The translations under genes were made by a program, and so were the position numbers. From assembly GCF_023266575.1 (NCBI RefSeq), contig NZ_JAHFPV010000001.1: a stretch of 64,000 bases of DNA. One strand, given 5' to 3'. Source of the DNA: Sphingobium sp. (GTDB taxonomy: Bacteria > Pseudomonadota > Alphaproteobacteria > Sphingomonadales > Sphingomonadaceae). Of this stretch, positions 8,280 to 17,999 are shown piece after piece. Below the pieces are notes generated by a model. The model saw only the letters and a program-made list of their open reading frames with translations, was not told the origin of the DNA and made no database searches. Position 1 is the stretch's first letter; each line of letters opens with the position of its first letter.

Positions 8280-10550
8280 TCAGAACTTTACCCCCAGCGT
8301 CGCACCATAGGTGCGGGGTTCGCGCGCGGTGCCGAAGGACCAGAGGCCACCGACGGTGAAGCCATGGGTTGGCCCGCGATCATTGGCGAGGTTCCGGCCA
8401 AAGACCGTCAGCCGTGCTTCCGTCCCGCCAATATCGAACTTGGTGGTCAGGCTGGCGTCGATCAGGCCCTGCTTGTCGGTCCGCACGCGCGGGTCATTGC
8501 CGGTGACGGTGATCGGTCCGGTGCTGAGATTGCCCGACAGGCCGCCGATCGAGATTTGCTGGTCATAGCGACCGATATAGCGATAGCTCAGGTTCGCTAT
8601 GATTTCGCCAAAGCTGGTCGGGACGCTATAGTCGGCCCCCAGCGATGCGGTCATATTCGGGTTGTAGATCAGGTCATTGCCCGAATAATCATAGGGAACG
8701 ACCGCACCCGTCACTGGCGAGATGCCGCCGACGATAAAGCCCTTGAACTTGGAGTCGAGCAGGCCGAGCGAGCCGGTGATCGTGAGTTGCGACGTTGGCC
8801 GTGCGGTGAAATCGAACTCCAGCCCCTTGATCTTGGCCGACCCGACGTTCGACGTGATCGTCTCGTTGCCGGTGGCGCAGGACGGGCAGTTGAGCGTGTT
8901 GTTCTGGTGCAGATCCTTGTAGCTGGAATAGAAGGCCGCGACGTTGAACTGCACTTTACGGTCGAACAGATCGAACTTGCCGCCGACTTCAAAGCTGTCG
9001 ACCACTTCGGGCTGGTAGGCGACACCGGCGCTGGCGGCGGTGCCTGCGCGCGGCGAGAAGCCGCCCGACCGGTAGCCCTGCGACCAGCTACCATAGAACA
9101 TGACATCGTCGTTCGGGCGGAAATCGACGCCGACCTTGGGCGTGAACTTCTTGAACGTGTCGGAACCGCGACCGATCTCAACCCCGCCAAAGCTGTTGTC
9201 GAGCGCCTTTTTGTCGCGGGTGAAGCGACCGCCGAAGGACAAGCGCCACTGGTCGGCAAAGGCCCAGTTGAAATCGCCGAACACGGCGATCGACTTGGTC
9301 TTGCCATTCACAACCTGCGGGTTGGTGTCGAAGATCAGCGGATCGACCGTCGGCGCGAAGCCGAATACGCGGCTATATTGCGACAGCTGATATTTGGAGC
9401 TGAAATAATAGAGACCCACGACATAGTCGAAACTGTCGCTGAACTTGCCAGCGGCGCGCACTTCCTGGCTCCATTGCTCGTAGCGTTGGAGGCGACGGAC
9501 ATAATAAAGGTCGGTCGATGACCCGTCGAAATCCTGCGTCTGGTTCTCGCGCGATTTGCGCCAGCCGGTGACGGAGGTCAGCTTCACCCCGCCCAGATCA
9601 TAATTCATCTCCAGCGTCGCGGCGGGCGCGGAATAGTTGGAAACATTGGGCTGGCCGAACACGGTGTAGAGATCGGTCGTATTGTTGCGGTTGCACTCGA
9701 TGGCTGGGATGAACCCGCAGAACAACTCGCTGCTGTTGGTCAGGTTGGACACGACCGGATCGAATTTCTGGATCTGCTTTTCCAGGGTGAACAGCGCATC
9801 GAAATCGCTGCCCTGCGGCGCGATCAGGACCGATCCGCCGAAATTCTCATTATTGGCGAAGCCGCGCCGGTCGCCGGTCTGCGACTGGCGATACCAGCCG
9901 TCGGTTTCATTGTGGAAATGGAAGAATTTGGCACCCACGCTGCCGTCGCCCGACAATGGCACGTTGACGACCGCGCGGGTCGCGAGCGTGTTGAACTTGC
10001 CGTAGGAGACTTCCACCTTGCCACCAAACTCACCGGTAGGGCGGGTGCGGCGGATATTGATGACACCGCCGATCGTGTTGCGTCCGAACAATGTGCCCTG
10101 CGGCCCGCGCAGCACTTCGATCTGTTCAATGTCGAAAAAGTCGAAAAACTGCCCGGTGCTGGTGCCGATAAACACGCCATCTACGACGACGCCCACCGTG
10201 GGTTCCTGAGACTTTTCGACGTCGGCATAGGTCAGCCCGCGAATGGCGAGGTTGGCGGCTGCCGCGCCGCTATTCTGGTTGGTGATCAGCAGGTTGGGAA
10301 CGCCACCGGTCAGGTCGCCGATATTCACCGCCGCCTTGTTTTCCAGCATCGCGGCGTTGACCGCCGTGATCGCGACCGGCGTGTCCTGCAGGCTTTCCTC
10401 GCGGCGGCGCGCGGTGACGATGATGGCGTTGGGATCGACGGCATCGGCCTCCGCCTGCGGTGCCTGTTCCTGCGCCATGGCAGGCGCGGCCCACAGCATC
10501 GCTCCACCCAGAGCCAGCATCACCGGCCGCATGATTAGATTCTGTCGCAT
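8280..10550 (-). CDS. TonB-dependent outer-membrane receptor
   Basis: Signal peptide (MLALGGAMLWAAPAMAQE), plug/TonB-box region (AIIVTARRREESLQDTPVAITAV), long beta-barrel-like sequence and C-terminal aromatic residue (...TYGATLGVKF); 756 aa. Confidence 0.95.
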   Translation of the reverse strand: MRQNLIMRPVMLALGGAMLWAAPAMAQEQAPQAEADAVDPNAIIVTARRREESLQDTPVAITAVNAAMLENKAAVNIGDLTGGVPNLLITNQNSGAAAANLAIRGLTYADVEKSQEPTVGVVVDGVFIGTSTGQFFDFFDIEQIEVLRGPQGTLFGRNTIGGVINIRRTRPTGEFGGKVEVSYGKFNTLATRAVVNVPLSGDGSVGAKFFHFHNETDGWYRQSQTGDRRGFANNENFGGSVLIAPQGSDFDALFTLEKQIQKFDPVVSNLTNSSELFCGFIPAIECNRNNTTDLYTVFGQPNVSNYSAPAATLEMNYDLGGVKLTSVTGWRKSRENQTQDFDGSSTDLYYVRRLQRYEQWSQEVRAAGKFSDSFDYVVGLYYFSSKYQLSQYSRVFGFAPTVDPLIFDTNPQVVNGKTKSIAVFGDFNWAFADQWRLSFGGRFTRDKKALDNSFGGVEIGRGSDTFKKFTPKVGVDFRPNDDVMFYGSWSQGYRSGGFSPRAGTAASAGVAYQPEVVDSFEVGGKFDLFDRKVQFNVAAFYSSYKDLHQNNTLNCPSCATGNETITSNVGSAKIKGLEFDFTARPTSQLTITGSLGLLDSKFKGFIVGGISPVTGAVVPYDYSGNDLIYNPNMTASLGADYSVPTSFGEIIANLSYRYIGRYDQQISIGGLSGNLSTGPITVTGNDPRVRTDKQGLIDASLTTKFDIGGTEARLTVFGRNLANDRGPTHGFTVGGLWSFGTAREPRTYGATLGVKF

Positions 10551-10724
10551 ATACTCTCCCTGTTATTCGGACGCTTATGCTGCGCTTGCTGAAAGCAATG
10601 CCGAATGCGCCTTCGTTCCGAGCGTGAGAAATGCGCCAATATCGGTAGCTTGCGAACTGCGATTTTCGAGAGGTCGGCGCGCACCTGAAACAAAGCACAG
10701 GGGACAAAGCCAGCGGGACGTCGC

Positions 10725-11831
10725 ATGGCAGGATGCAATCTGGCGCGGGAGAGGGATGGGGCCGTGGGCGTTGACCGGCAGGATAAATTCGGCGGCACCG
10801 GCGCGGTGCGCGCGGGGCATGGCTTCGACAGCGCGGCGCTCGATCGCTGGATGCAGGCTAATGTGCCGGGCTATGCCGGGCCGCTTGCCGTCGAACAGTT
10901 TAACGGCGGCCAGTCCAATCCGACCTATCGCCTGGTCACGCCGACCCGCGCCTATGTGCTGCGGCGCAAGCCACCGGGGCAGTTGCTACCGGGCGCTCAT
11001 GCCGTGGAACGCGAATATCGTGTGCTGGCGGCGCTTGGACGGGCGAAATTTCCGGTCGCCCCGGTCCATGGCCTGTGCGAGGATGCTGCCGTCATCGGCA
11101 CGCCCTTCTATGTCATGGACATGGTCGAGGGGCGCATCTTCTGGGACTCCACCCTGCCATCGCTGACGGCATCCGAACGCCCGGCCTATTTCGACGCGAT
11201 GAACAGCGCCATCGCGCAGCTGCATGGCATCGACTATCAGGCGATCGGCCTTGGCGACTATGGCAAGCCGGGCAATTATTTCGCGCGGCAGATTGCCCGC
11301 TGGTCGCGCCAATATCAGGAGGATGAGGCGGCGGGACGGCTGGCTGATATGGACTTGCTGGCCGACTGGCTGCCGGGCCAGATACCGGAAGGCGACGAAA
11401 CCAGCATCGTTCATGGCGATTTCCGCGCCGACAATATGATCTGGCACCCCGCCGAACCGCGCATATTGGCGGTGCTGGACTGGGAATTGTCGACGCTGGG
11501 CCATCCGCTGGCCGATTTCACCTATCATCTGATGATGTATCATCTGCCGCCGCACATCATTGGTGGTTTCAAGGGCGCGGACCTTGGCACGCTCAATATC
11601 CCGTCGCAGGCTGACTATGTCGCGGCCTATTGCGCCCGCACGGGACGGGACGGCATCGCCAATCTGTCCTTCTATCTTGCCTTCAACATGTTCCGCTTCG
11701 CCGCGATCATTCACGGCATCAAGGGGCGGCTGGCGCGCGGCACGGCATCATCGCCCGAAGCGCAATCGCTGGTCGAAACCCTGCCCGAACTGGCGGCCAT
11801 CGCCCGCGCGACGGCGCAATCCAATATTTGA
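10725..11831 (+). CDS. Phosphotransferase-family (APH/choline-kinase-like) protein, ACAD10/11 N-terminal-domain-like
   Basis: Motifs FNGGQSNPTYRL, VHGDFRADNMIW (HGDxxxxN catalytic loop) and LDWELSTLGHPLADF. An alternative in-frame GTG at 10764 follows GGGAGAGGGA. Sits immediately upstream of an acyl-CoA dehydrogenase. Confidence 0.85.
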   Translation: MAGCNLARERDGAVGVDRQDKFGGTGAVRAGHGFDSAALDRWMQANVPGYAGPLAVEQFNGGQSNPTYRLVTPTRAYVLRRKPPGQLLPGAHAVEREYRVLAALGRAKFPVAPVHGLCEDAAVIGTPFYVMDMVEGRIFWDSTLPSLTASERPAYFDAMNSAIAQLHGIDYQAIGLGDYGKPGNYFARQIARWSRQYQEDEAAGRLADMDLLADWLPGQIPEGDETSIVHGDFRADNMIWHPAEPRILAVLDWELSTLGHPLADFTYHLMMYHLPPHIIGGFKGADLGTLNIPSQADYVAAYCARTGRDGIANLSFYLAFNMFRFAAIIHGIKGRLARGTASSPEAQSLVETLPELAAIARATAQSNI

Positions 11832-11842
11832 GAGGAAGTCCC

Positions 11843-13003
11843 ATGTTCAGCACCGATCGCGCGCAGACCATTGCCGACAGGGTCGAAGCCTTCGTCCGCA
11901 CGACTGTCGTCCCCTATGAGGGCGACCCGCGTTGCGGCTTTCATGGTCCGAGCGACGACCTGGTGATGGAGTTGCGGGAAAAGGCGCGCGCGGCTGGCGT
12001 GCTGACCCCCCATGTCCTGCCCGACGGATCGCACCTGACCCAGCGCGAGACGGCGACCGTCCTCATCAAGTCGGGCCTCTCGCCGCTCGGCCCGCTGGCC
12101 TGCAACACCATGGCCCCTGACGAGGGCAATATGTATCTGCTGGGCAAGGTCGGCACGGCCCAGCAGAAGGCGCATTTCCTCAAACCCCTGCTGGAAGGCC
12201 GCGGGCGTTCCGCCTTCTTCATGACCGAACCGGCGGCCGATGGCGGCGCTGGGTCCGACCCGTCGATGATGCAGACGACCTGCCATCAGGACGGTAATCA
12301 TTGGGTCATCAACGGGCGCAAGGCGTTCATCACCGGGGCGCAGGGGGCGATGGTCGGGATCGTCATGGCCAAATCGACCGACGGCGCCTGCATGTTCCTG
12401 GTCGATCTGCCTGATCCTGCCATCCGTATCGATCGGGTGCTGGACACGATCGACAGTTCCATGCCGGGCGGCCATGCCGTCGTCACCATCGACAATCTGC
12501 GCGTGCCTGCCGACCAGATGCTGGGGCAAAGCGGTGAGGGTTTCACATATGCCCAGGTCCGCCTGTCGCCCGCGCGCCTGTCCCATTGTATGCGCTGGCT
12601 GGGCGCCTGTATCCGTGCGCAGGAGATCGCGTCTGCCTATGCCTGCCGCCGCATGGCCTTTGGCAAGCCGCTGATCGATCATGAAGGCGTTGGCTTCATG
12701 CTGGCGGAAAATCTGATCGACCTCCAGCAATGCGAAGTGATGATCGACTGGTGCGCCGGGGTGCTGGATACCGGCGCGCTCGGCACGGTCGAAAGCTCGA
12801 TGGCAAAGGTGGCGGTCTCCGAAGCGCTGATGCGGGTCGCCGACAAATGCGTGCAGGTTATGGGCGGTACTGGCGTGACCGGCGATACGATCGTCGAGCA
12901 GGTGTTCCGCGAAATCCGTGCCTTCCGCATATATGACGGCCCGACCGAAGTCCATAAATGGAGCCTCGCCAAGAAGATCAAGCGCGACCACCGCACCAAC
13001 TGA
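11843..13003 (+). CDS. Acyl-CoA dehydrogenase
   Basis: Track ORF 11630..13003. ATG 11843 (GAGAGGAAG upstream) lies 12 nt after the stop of the preceding gene. Sequence: MFSTDRAQTIADRVEAFV...SAFFMTEPAADGGAGSDPSMMQTT...WVINGRKAFITGA...IYDGPTEVH. Confidence 0.9.
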   Translation: MFSTDRAQTIADRVEAFVRTTVVPYEGDPRCGFHGPSDDLVMELREKARAAGVLTPHVLPDGSHLTQRETATVLIKSGLSPLGPLACNTMAPDEGNMYLLGKVGTAQQKAHFLKPLLEGRGRSAFFMTEPAADGGAGSDPSMMQTTCHQDGNHWVINGRKAFITGAQGAMVGIVMAKSTDGACMFLVDLPDPAIRIDRVLDTIDSSMPGGHAVVTIDNLRVPADQMLGQSGEGFTYAQVRLSPARLSHCMRWLGACIRAQEIASAYACRRMAFGKPLIDHEGVGFMLAENLIDLQQCEVMIDWCAGVLDTGALGTVESSMAKVAVSEALMRVADKCVQVMGGTGVTGDTIVEQVFREIRAFRIYDGPTEVHKWSLAKKIKRDHRTN

Positions 13004-13018
13004 TCGGAGAAGAGCGCC

Positions 13019-14647
13019 ATGGCGGACCTGCCGGAAAGTTTCGACTATATCATCGTCGGCGCAGGATCGGCCGGCTGCGTGCTGGCCGAACGCCTGTCCG
13101 CCGACCCGCGCAACCGGGTGCTGCTGGTGGAGGCGGGCGGGCCGGATCGCTCGCCATTGATCGCCATGCCCAAGGGGATTGCCAAGCTCGTCTCCAACCC
13201 TGCCCATATCTGGGCCTATCAGATCGCACAGCCGCGCCGCCCGGATGAAGCCGCGCATGAAGTGTGGATTCGGGGCAAGGGGCTGGGCGGATCATCATCC
13301 ATCAACGGCATGATCTGGAGCCGGGGCGAACCGCAGGATTATGACGATTGGGAAGCGGCGGGCGCGACCGGCTGGAACGCGGGGTCGATGATCGCCGCCT
13401 ATCGCGCTATCGAGGATCATGGTCTGGGCAGCAGTGCGTTGCGGGGGCAGGGCGGCCCGGTGCATGTCACGCCGCGCACCTATCGTTATCCGCTGGCCGA
13501 ACGGCTGATCGCGGCGGGTGAGCAGATGGGCCTGTCGCGCACTGACGATCTCAACAGCGTGGTCGGCGACCGGGTCGGCTATTATTGCCACAATATCCGC
13601 AAGGGTCGTCGCGAAAGCGGGGCGAAGGTGTTTCTGCGCCCAGCCATGAAACGGCGCAATTTCCATGTGCTGACCGATACGCTGGTGCGCCATGTGCGCC
13701 TGTCCAACGGGCGCGCGGTCGGCGTGGCTTTGGTCAATGATGCGCGCGGGCGTTTCAGCGTCGATTGCGATGGCGACGTGATCGTCTGCGCCGGGACGGT
13801 CGAAAGCCCGCAAATCCTTCAGCGGTCCGGCATCGGTGACGGCGGTGCCCTCTCTGCCAGCGGCATCGCGGTGCGGCATCATAACCCCCATGTCGGGCGG
13901 CACATGCTGGAGCATCTGTCCTACACCATGCCGTTCCGCCTGAAGCGCAAAAGCGGCATCGGCCAGCGCTTCTACGGGCTTGGTCTCGTTCAGTCGGTTG
14001 CGCGCTATTATCTGCGTCATGACGGGCCGATGGCGACTGGCCCGTTCGAGGTTGGCGCCTTCCTGTCCACTGGCGTCACCGGGCCGCGCACCGACCTGCA
14101 ACTCTATCTCAGTGGCTATATGTTCGCGCTGGGTGATGATAATGACCCGGTGCCGCTGGGCAATATCGACAAGCGACCGGGTCTCACCGTGTCCGGCACC
14201 CTGCTGCGCCAGAGCAGCGAGGGGACGATTCAAGTGAGGGGTCAGGAACCGGCCGACGGCGCGGCGATCATGCCCAACTGGCTGGACAGCGAGGGGGATC
14301 GCCAGTCCGCCATCGCCTCCATCCGCCTGATGCGCGACTATGTGGCGCAGGCGGCGCTGGCCGACGATGTCGGGCAGGAACTGATCCCCGGCGCGCTGGT
14401 GCAGGATGACGACGCTCTGCTGGACACATTCCGCTCGCTTTCGACCAGCGGCCTGCATGGTGTTGGCACCTGCCGTATCGGCGCGGAGGGGGACGCGGTG
14501 GTCGATCCATCGCTGCGCGTCCATGGCGTCGAGGGGCTGCGCGTGGCCGATTGTTCGGTGATGCCGCGCCTGATCACCGGCAACACCAATGCGCCCGCCA
14601 TGGCGCTGGGCTGGCGCGCGGCAGAGATCATCCGTGCTGCACCCTAG
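13019..14647 (+). CDS. GMC-family FAD oxidoreductase (choline/alcohol dehydrogenase-like)
   Basis: N-terminal FDYIIVGAGSAGCVLAERLSADPRNRVLLVEAGG, GGSSSINGMIW, and C-terminal HGVGTCRIG...VDPSLRVHGVEGLRVADCSVMP. Confidence 0.9.
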   Translation: MADLPESFDYIIVGAGSAGCVLAERLSADPRNRVLLVEAGGPDRSPLIAMPKGIAKLVSNPAHIWAYQIAQPRRPDEAAHEVWIRGKGLGGSSSINGMIWSRGEPQDYDDWEAAGATGWNAGSMIAAYRAIEDHGLGSSALRGQGGPVHVTPRTYRYPLAERLIAAGEQMGLSRTDDLNSVVGDRVGYYCHNIRKGRRESGAKVFLRPAMKRRNFHVLTDTLVRHVRLSNGRAVGVALVNDARGRFSVDCDGDVIVCAGTVESPQILQRSGIGDGGALSASGIAVRHHNPHVGRHMLEHLSYTMPFRLKRKSGIGQRFYGLGLVQSVARYYLRHDGPMATGPFEVGAFLSTGVTGPRTDLQLYLSGYMFALGDDNDPVPLGNIDKRPGLTVSGTLLRQSSEGTIQVRGQEPADGAAIMPNWLDSEGDRQSAIASIRLMRDYVAQAALADDVGQELIPGALVQDDDALLDTFRSLSTSGLHGVGTCRIGAEGDAVVDPSLRVHGVEGLRVADCSVMPRLITGNTNAPAMALGWRAAEIIRAAP

Positions 14648-14718
14648 CGTTTGAAATAGTCGCCGCAAAGGGCACTCCGGCATAGCATCGCGCCCGACAA
14701 CAGGATGGGAGAGAGACG

Positions 14719-16452
14719 ATGCGCGAGACAGATCGCCTGATGATGGACCGTCGTGCGATGCTGGCGGGCACCGGGCTAGCCGCGGCTGCTGCGATGGTCC
14801 CACTGGCCGGGGCGGAGGCGGCTACCGCAGGTTGGGACCATGAGGTCGACATTCTCTGTGTCGGCAGCGGCGCGGCGGCAGGGACGGCTGCTGTGACGGC
14901 GGCCAGTGCAGGCGCAAAGGTCATGATGGTGGAAAAAATGCCGATCACCGGCGGCACCACCGGCAAGTCGGGCGGGGTCGCATGGATCTGCAACCATTTC
15001 ATCTTCCGCCAGCAGGGCATTGACGACAAGCGCGCCGACGCCATCGCCTATATGGCGCAATATAGCTATCCGCAGTTGTTCGATCCCGTCAGCCCGACGC
15101 TGGGCCTCGACCCGCTCGATTATCAACTGATCGCGGCCTTTTACGACAATGGTTACAAGGCGGTCGATCATCTGCGCGCCATTGACGCGGTGCAGTTCAA
15201 GCAGTTCCGCCTGTTTCAGGTCGATGAGCCAGCGCCCGACTATGCCGATCATCTGCCGACCAACAAGGTGCCCACCGGCCGCGCGTTGGAACCGGCGGTC
15301 GGCTCCGGCTCCTCGGCGGGCGGGGGCAGTCTGGCGGCGCAACTGGCCGCCTGGCTGGAAAAGAACAAGCTGCCGATCCTGACCGACACCCGCGTCACCC
15401 GGCTGATCGTCGATAAGAACCGCGTCATCGGCGCGGAGGCGGAAAGCGAGGGCAAGATCATTCGCATCCGCGCGACCAAGGGCGTGATCTTCGGCACGGG
15501 CGGCTATGCCCACAACACGGAACTGGTGGGCCTGCACCAGACGGCACTCTATGGGGCGTGTGCCATGCCTGGATCTACCGGCGACTTCATCGCCATTGCG
15601 GGCGCGGTCGGCGCGAAGATGGGAGCGCTCGACACCGCCTGGCGGACGCAGGTGGTGCTGGAGGAAGCGCTCGCCAACCGGGCGATCGGCATGGGCGCGT
15701 TCGTCCTGCCGGGGGATTCGATGATCCTGGTCAACAAATATGGCCAGCGCGTCGTCAATGAAAAGCGCAGCTATAATGACCGCACCCGCGCCCATTTCAC
15801 TTATGATCCGTCGAGGGAAGAATATCCCAACCAGCTGATGTTCATGCTGTTCGACGGCCGATCGCTCGACCGGTTTGGTGGCGCTTTCCCCTATCCGCTG
15901 GACGTGTCCGAAAGCCCCTATCTGATCAGCGGCGACAGCTGGGACGCGCTCGTCGCCAATATCGAAAAGCGGTTGGCAAGCCTAGCCCCCAAGACTGGCG
16001 GTGTGCGTCTCGATGCCGGGTTCGGCGCGGAGACCAAGGCCAGTATCGCCCGGTACAACGGCTATGCCAAGGCTGGCGTCGACCCTGAATTTGGGCGCGG
16101 TGCGCGCCTGTATGACACGCAATGGCACAAACTGTTTTCCGCCGTGCGCGAAGGCACGAAAGTCCCGGCCAATCCCTATCCTGCGCTCACCATGCATCCC
16201 TTCGCTGACAAAGGCCCCTATTATGCCTTCATCCTGGCGGCGGGCGCGCTAGATACCAATGGCGGGCCGCGCATCAACGAACATGGTCAGGTGTTGGCGA
16301 CCAGCGGCGCGCCGATCCCCGGCCTCTATGGCGCGGGCAACTGCATCGCATCGCCATCGCGCGGGGCCTATTATGGCGCGGGTGGCACGATCGGCCTGGC
16401 CCTGACCTATGGCTATATCGCCGCCCGCCATGCCACGGGGAACAGCGCATGA
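14719..16452 (+). CDS. FAD-dependent oxidoreductase of the fumarate-reductase/KstD flavoprotein family with twin-arginine (Tat) signal
   Basis: MMDRRAMLAGTGLAAAAAMVPLAGAEAA (RR + hydrophobic + AxA), then the dinucleotide-binding motif DILCVGSGAAAGTAAV...GGTTGKSGG, and C-terminal GLYGAGNC typical of this family. Confidence 0.8.
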   Translation: MRETDRLMMDRRAMLAGTGLAAAAAMVPLAGAEAATAGWDHEVDILCVGSGAAAGTAAVTAASAGAKVMMVEKMPITGGTTGKSGGVAWICNHFIFRQQGIDDKRADAIAYMAQYSYPQLFDPVSPTLGLDPLDYQLIAAFYDNGYKAVDHLRAIDAVQFKQFRLFQVDEPAPDYADHLPTNKVPTGRALEPAVGSGSSAGGGSLAAQLAAWLEKNKLPILTDTRVTRLIVDKNRVIGAEAESEGKIIRIRATKGVIFGTGGYAHNTELVGLHQTALYGACAMPGSTGDFIAIAGAVGAKMGALDTAWRTQVVLEEALANRAIGMGAFVLPGDSMILVNKYGQRVVNEKRSYNDRTRAHFTYDPSREEYPNQLMFMLFDGRSLDRFGGAFPYPLDVSESPYLISGDSWDALVANIEKRLASLAPKTGGVRLDAGFGAETKASIARYNGYAKAGVDPEFGRGARLYDTQWHKLFSAVREGTKVPANPYPALTMHPFADKGPYYAFILAAGALDTNGGPRINEHGQVLATSGAPIPGLYGAGNCIASPSRGAYYGAGGTIGLALTYGYIAARHATGNSA

Positions 16453-16829
16453 AAGGGCTGACCTTCGTTCTCGCCGCGCTGCTGGCGACACCGGCCACGG
16501 CCAAGCCCGTCAGCTTCGCCACCGACATCACGCCGATGCTCAAGACCCGCTGCGCCGTCTGCCATCTGACGGGTCAGGAGGCAGGCAATCTCGCGCTCCA
16601 CCCGAAGGCAGCCTATGCCAGCCTGTTCAGGCGCAAATCGGGCGAAAGCAGTTGGTTGCTGGTCGATCCCAAAAAGCCGGACACCAGCTATCTGGTCATG
16701 AAGCTGGAAGGCACGCACTTGAAGAAAGGCGGCAAGGGCGCGCGTATGCCCTTCGCCGCGCCGCCACTGGACGCAGCAACCATCGCCCTGATCCGCCGCT
16801 GGATCAGCGAAGGCGCAACGAATAACTGA
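16449..16829 (+). CDS. Small exported mono-haem c-type cytochrome (PSCyt1-like domain)
   Basis: The start overlaps the preceding stop (ATGA at 16449-16452). Signal peptide MKGLTFVLAALLATPATA, haem motif CAVCH, and downstream MPFAAPPLD...IRRWISEGA matching the planctomycete-type cytochrome c pattern as I remember it. Confidence 0.65.
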   Translation: MKGLTFVLAALLATPATAKPVSFATDITPMLKTRCAVCHLTGQEAGNLALHPKAAYASLFRRKSGESSWLLVDPKKPDTSYLVMKLEGTHLKKGGKGARMPFAAPPLDAATIALIRRWISEGATNN

Positions 16830-16968
16830 AGGCCGAGGCCAAACAAGCCCGCCATTACGCCGCCAGCATCGCGCGCTGGCGTGGCGCGGGCGAGGCCTGC
16901 CGGAAAGCGCAGTTGTGGCGCAGCATCGCCGCCACGACAACGGCACCGACAGGTTAAAAAGGAGCAGT

Positions 16969-17964
16969 ATGGACATGCGGCAATGGCTTTTGGCAGATCG
17001 CCCGGTCGGACGCGCTCTGGCGGACGGAGATTTTGCGCTGGTCGATGCGCCGATGCCGGTGCCGGGGGAGGGGCAGATGCTGCTTGCCGTCCGCTGGCTG
17101 GGCTTTGAACCGGCGCAAAAGGGCTGGATGGAAAATTTCGGCGGCTATGTCGCGCCGATCGAACTGGGCGACGTCATGCGCGGCATGGGCGTGGCGGAAG
17201 TGGTCGAGAGCCGGGGCGGGCGCTGGCCCGTCGGCACGATGGTCGCCGGAATGACCGGCTGGACCGAATATCTGGTAAGCGATGGCGAAGGTTTCGACAT
17301 CTGTCACCCCGACCTGCCACCCCATGCGATGCTGGGCGTGCTGGGCATCCCTGGCCTGACGGCCTGGCACGGCTTTTTTCAGATTGGCCGCCCGGTCGCA
17401 GGCGATGTCGTGGTCGTATCCGGCGCGGCTGGCGCGACCGGATCGGTCGCCGGGCAATTGGCCAAGGTCGCGGGCTGCCATGTCATCGGCATAGCGGGCG
17501 GGCCGGACAAATGCGCCTGGCTGGTGCAGGAAGCGGGGTTCGACGCGGCCATCGACTATCGCAAGGGCAAGGTCGCAGAGCAACTCAAGGCGCTGGCCCC
17601 CAAGGGTTGCGACATCATCTATGACAATGTCGGCGGGGCTGTGCTTGACGCGATGCTCGCCCGCCTCGCCATTGGCGCGCGGGTGGTGCTGTGCGGGGGG
17701 ATCAGTCGCTACGAGCAGGGCGGGCAGATTGCCGGGCCGGGCAATTATTTCAATCTGGTGCTGCGCCGCGCGCGGATGGAAGGGTTCATCATCCTCGACC
17801 AGCAACACCAGTGGCCCGCGATGCGCGACCGGCTCGCCGCGCTGGTGCTGGCCGACAGGTTGCGTTGGCAGGTGGATGAGCAGCAGGGGTTTGAGGCAGC
17901 GCCCGCTGCGCTCGCCCGCCTGTTCACCGGTGCCAATCGCGGCAAGCAGATCGTCAGGCTCTGA
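16969..17964 (+). CDS. NADP-dependent oxidoreductase, MDR superfamily (second enone-reductase-like paralogue)
   Basis: Track ORF 16915..17964; ATG 16969 follows AAGGAG with 5-nt spacing. MDMRQWLLADRPVG...VVVSGAAGATGSVAGQLAKVAGC has the same architecture as 3262..4293. Confidence 0.85.
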   Translation: MDMRQWLLADRPVGRALADGDFALVDAPMPVPGEGQMLLAVRWLGFEPAQKGWMENFGGYVAPIELGDVMRGMGVAEVVESRGGRWPVGTMVAGMTGWTEYLVSDGEGFDICHPDLPPHAMLGVLGIPGLTAWHGFFQIGRPVAGDVVVVSGAAGATGSVAGQLAKVAGCHVIGIAGGPDKCAWLVQEAGFDAAIDYRKGKVAEQLKALAPKGCDIIYDNVGGAVLDAMLARLAIGARVVLCGGISRYEQGGQIAGPGNYFNLVLRRARMEGFIILDQQHQWPAMRDRLAALVLADRLRWQVDEQQGFEAAPAALARLFTGANRGKQIVRL

Positions 17965-17970
17965 ACGATA

Positions 17971-17994
17971 CGGGGGCCGCTCCCACGGCCCCCG
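17971..17994. terminator. Stem-loop between convergent genes (weak or bidirectional terminator candidate)
   Basis: 9-bp perfect stem CGGGGGCCG / CGGCCCCCG with a 6-nt loop and no clear T-run. Confidence 0.4.
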
Positions 17995-17999
17995 CATCC

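Noticed and set aside
8193-9521. 442-aa + strand ORF inside the TonB-dependent receptor gene
   Set aside because: It is the antisense shadow of a receptor with a signal peptide, plug motif and C-terminal Phe.
11711-14803. ORFs 11711..13258(-) and 13295..14803(-), of 515 and 502 aa
   Set aside because: They are antisense to the ACAD and GMC oxidoreductase genes, which carry clear family motifs.
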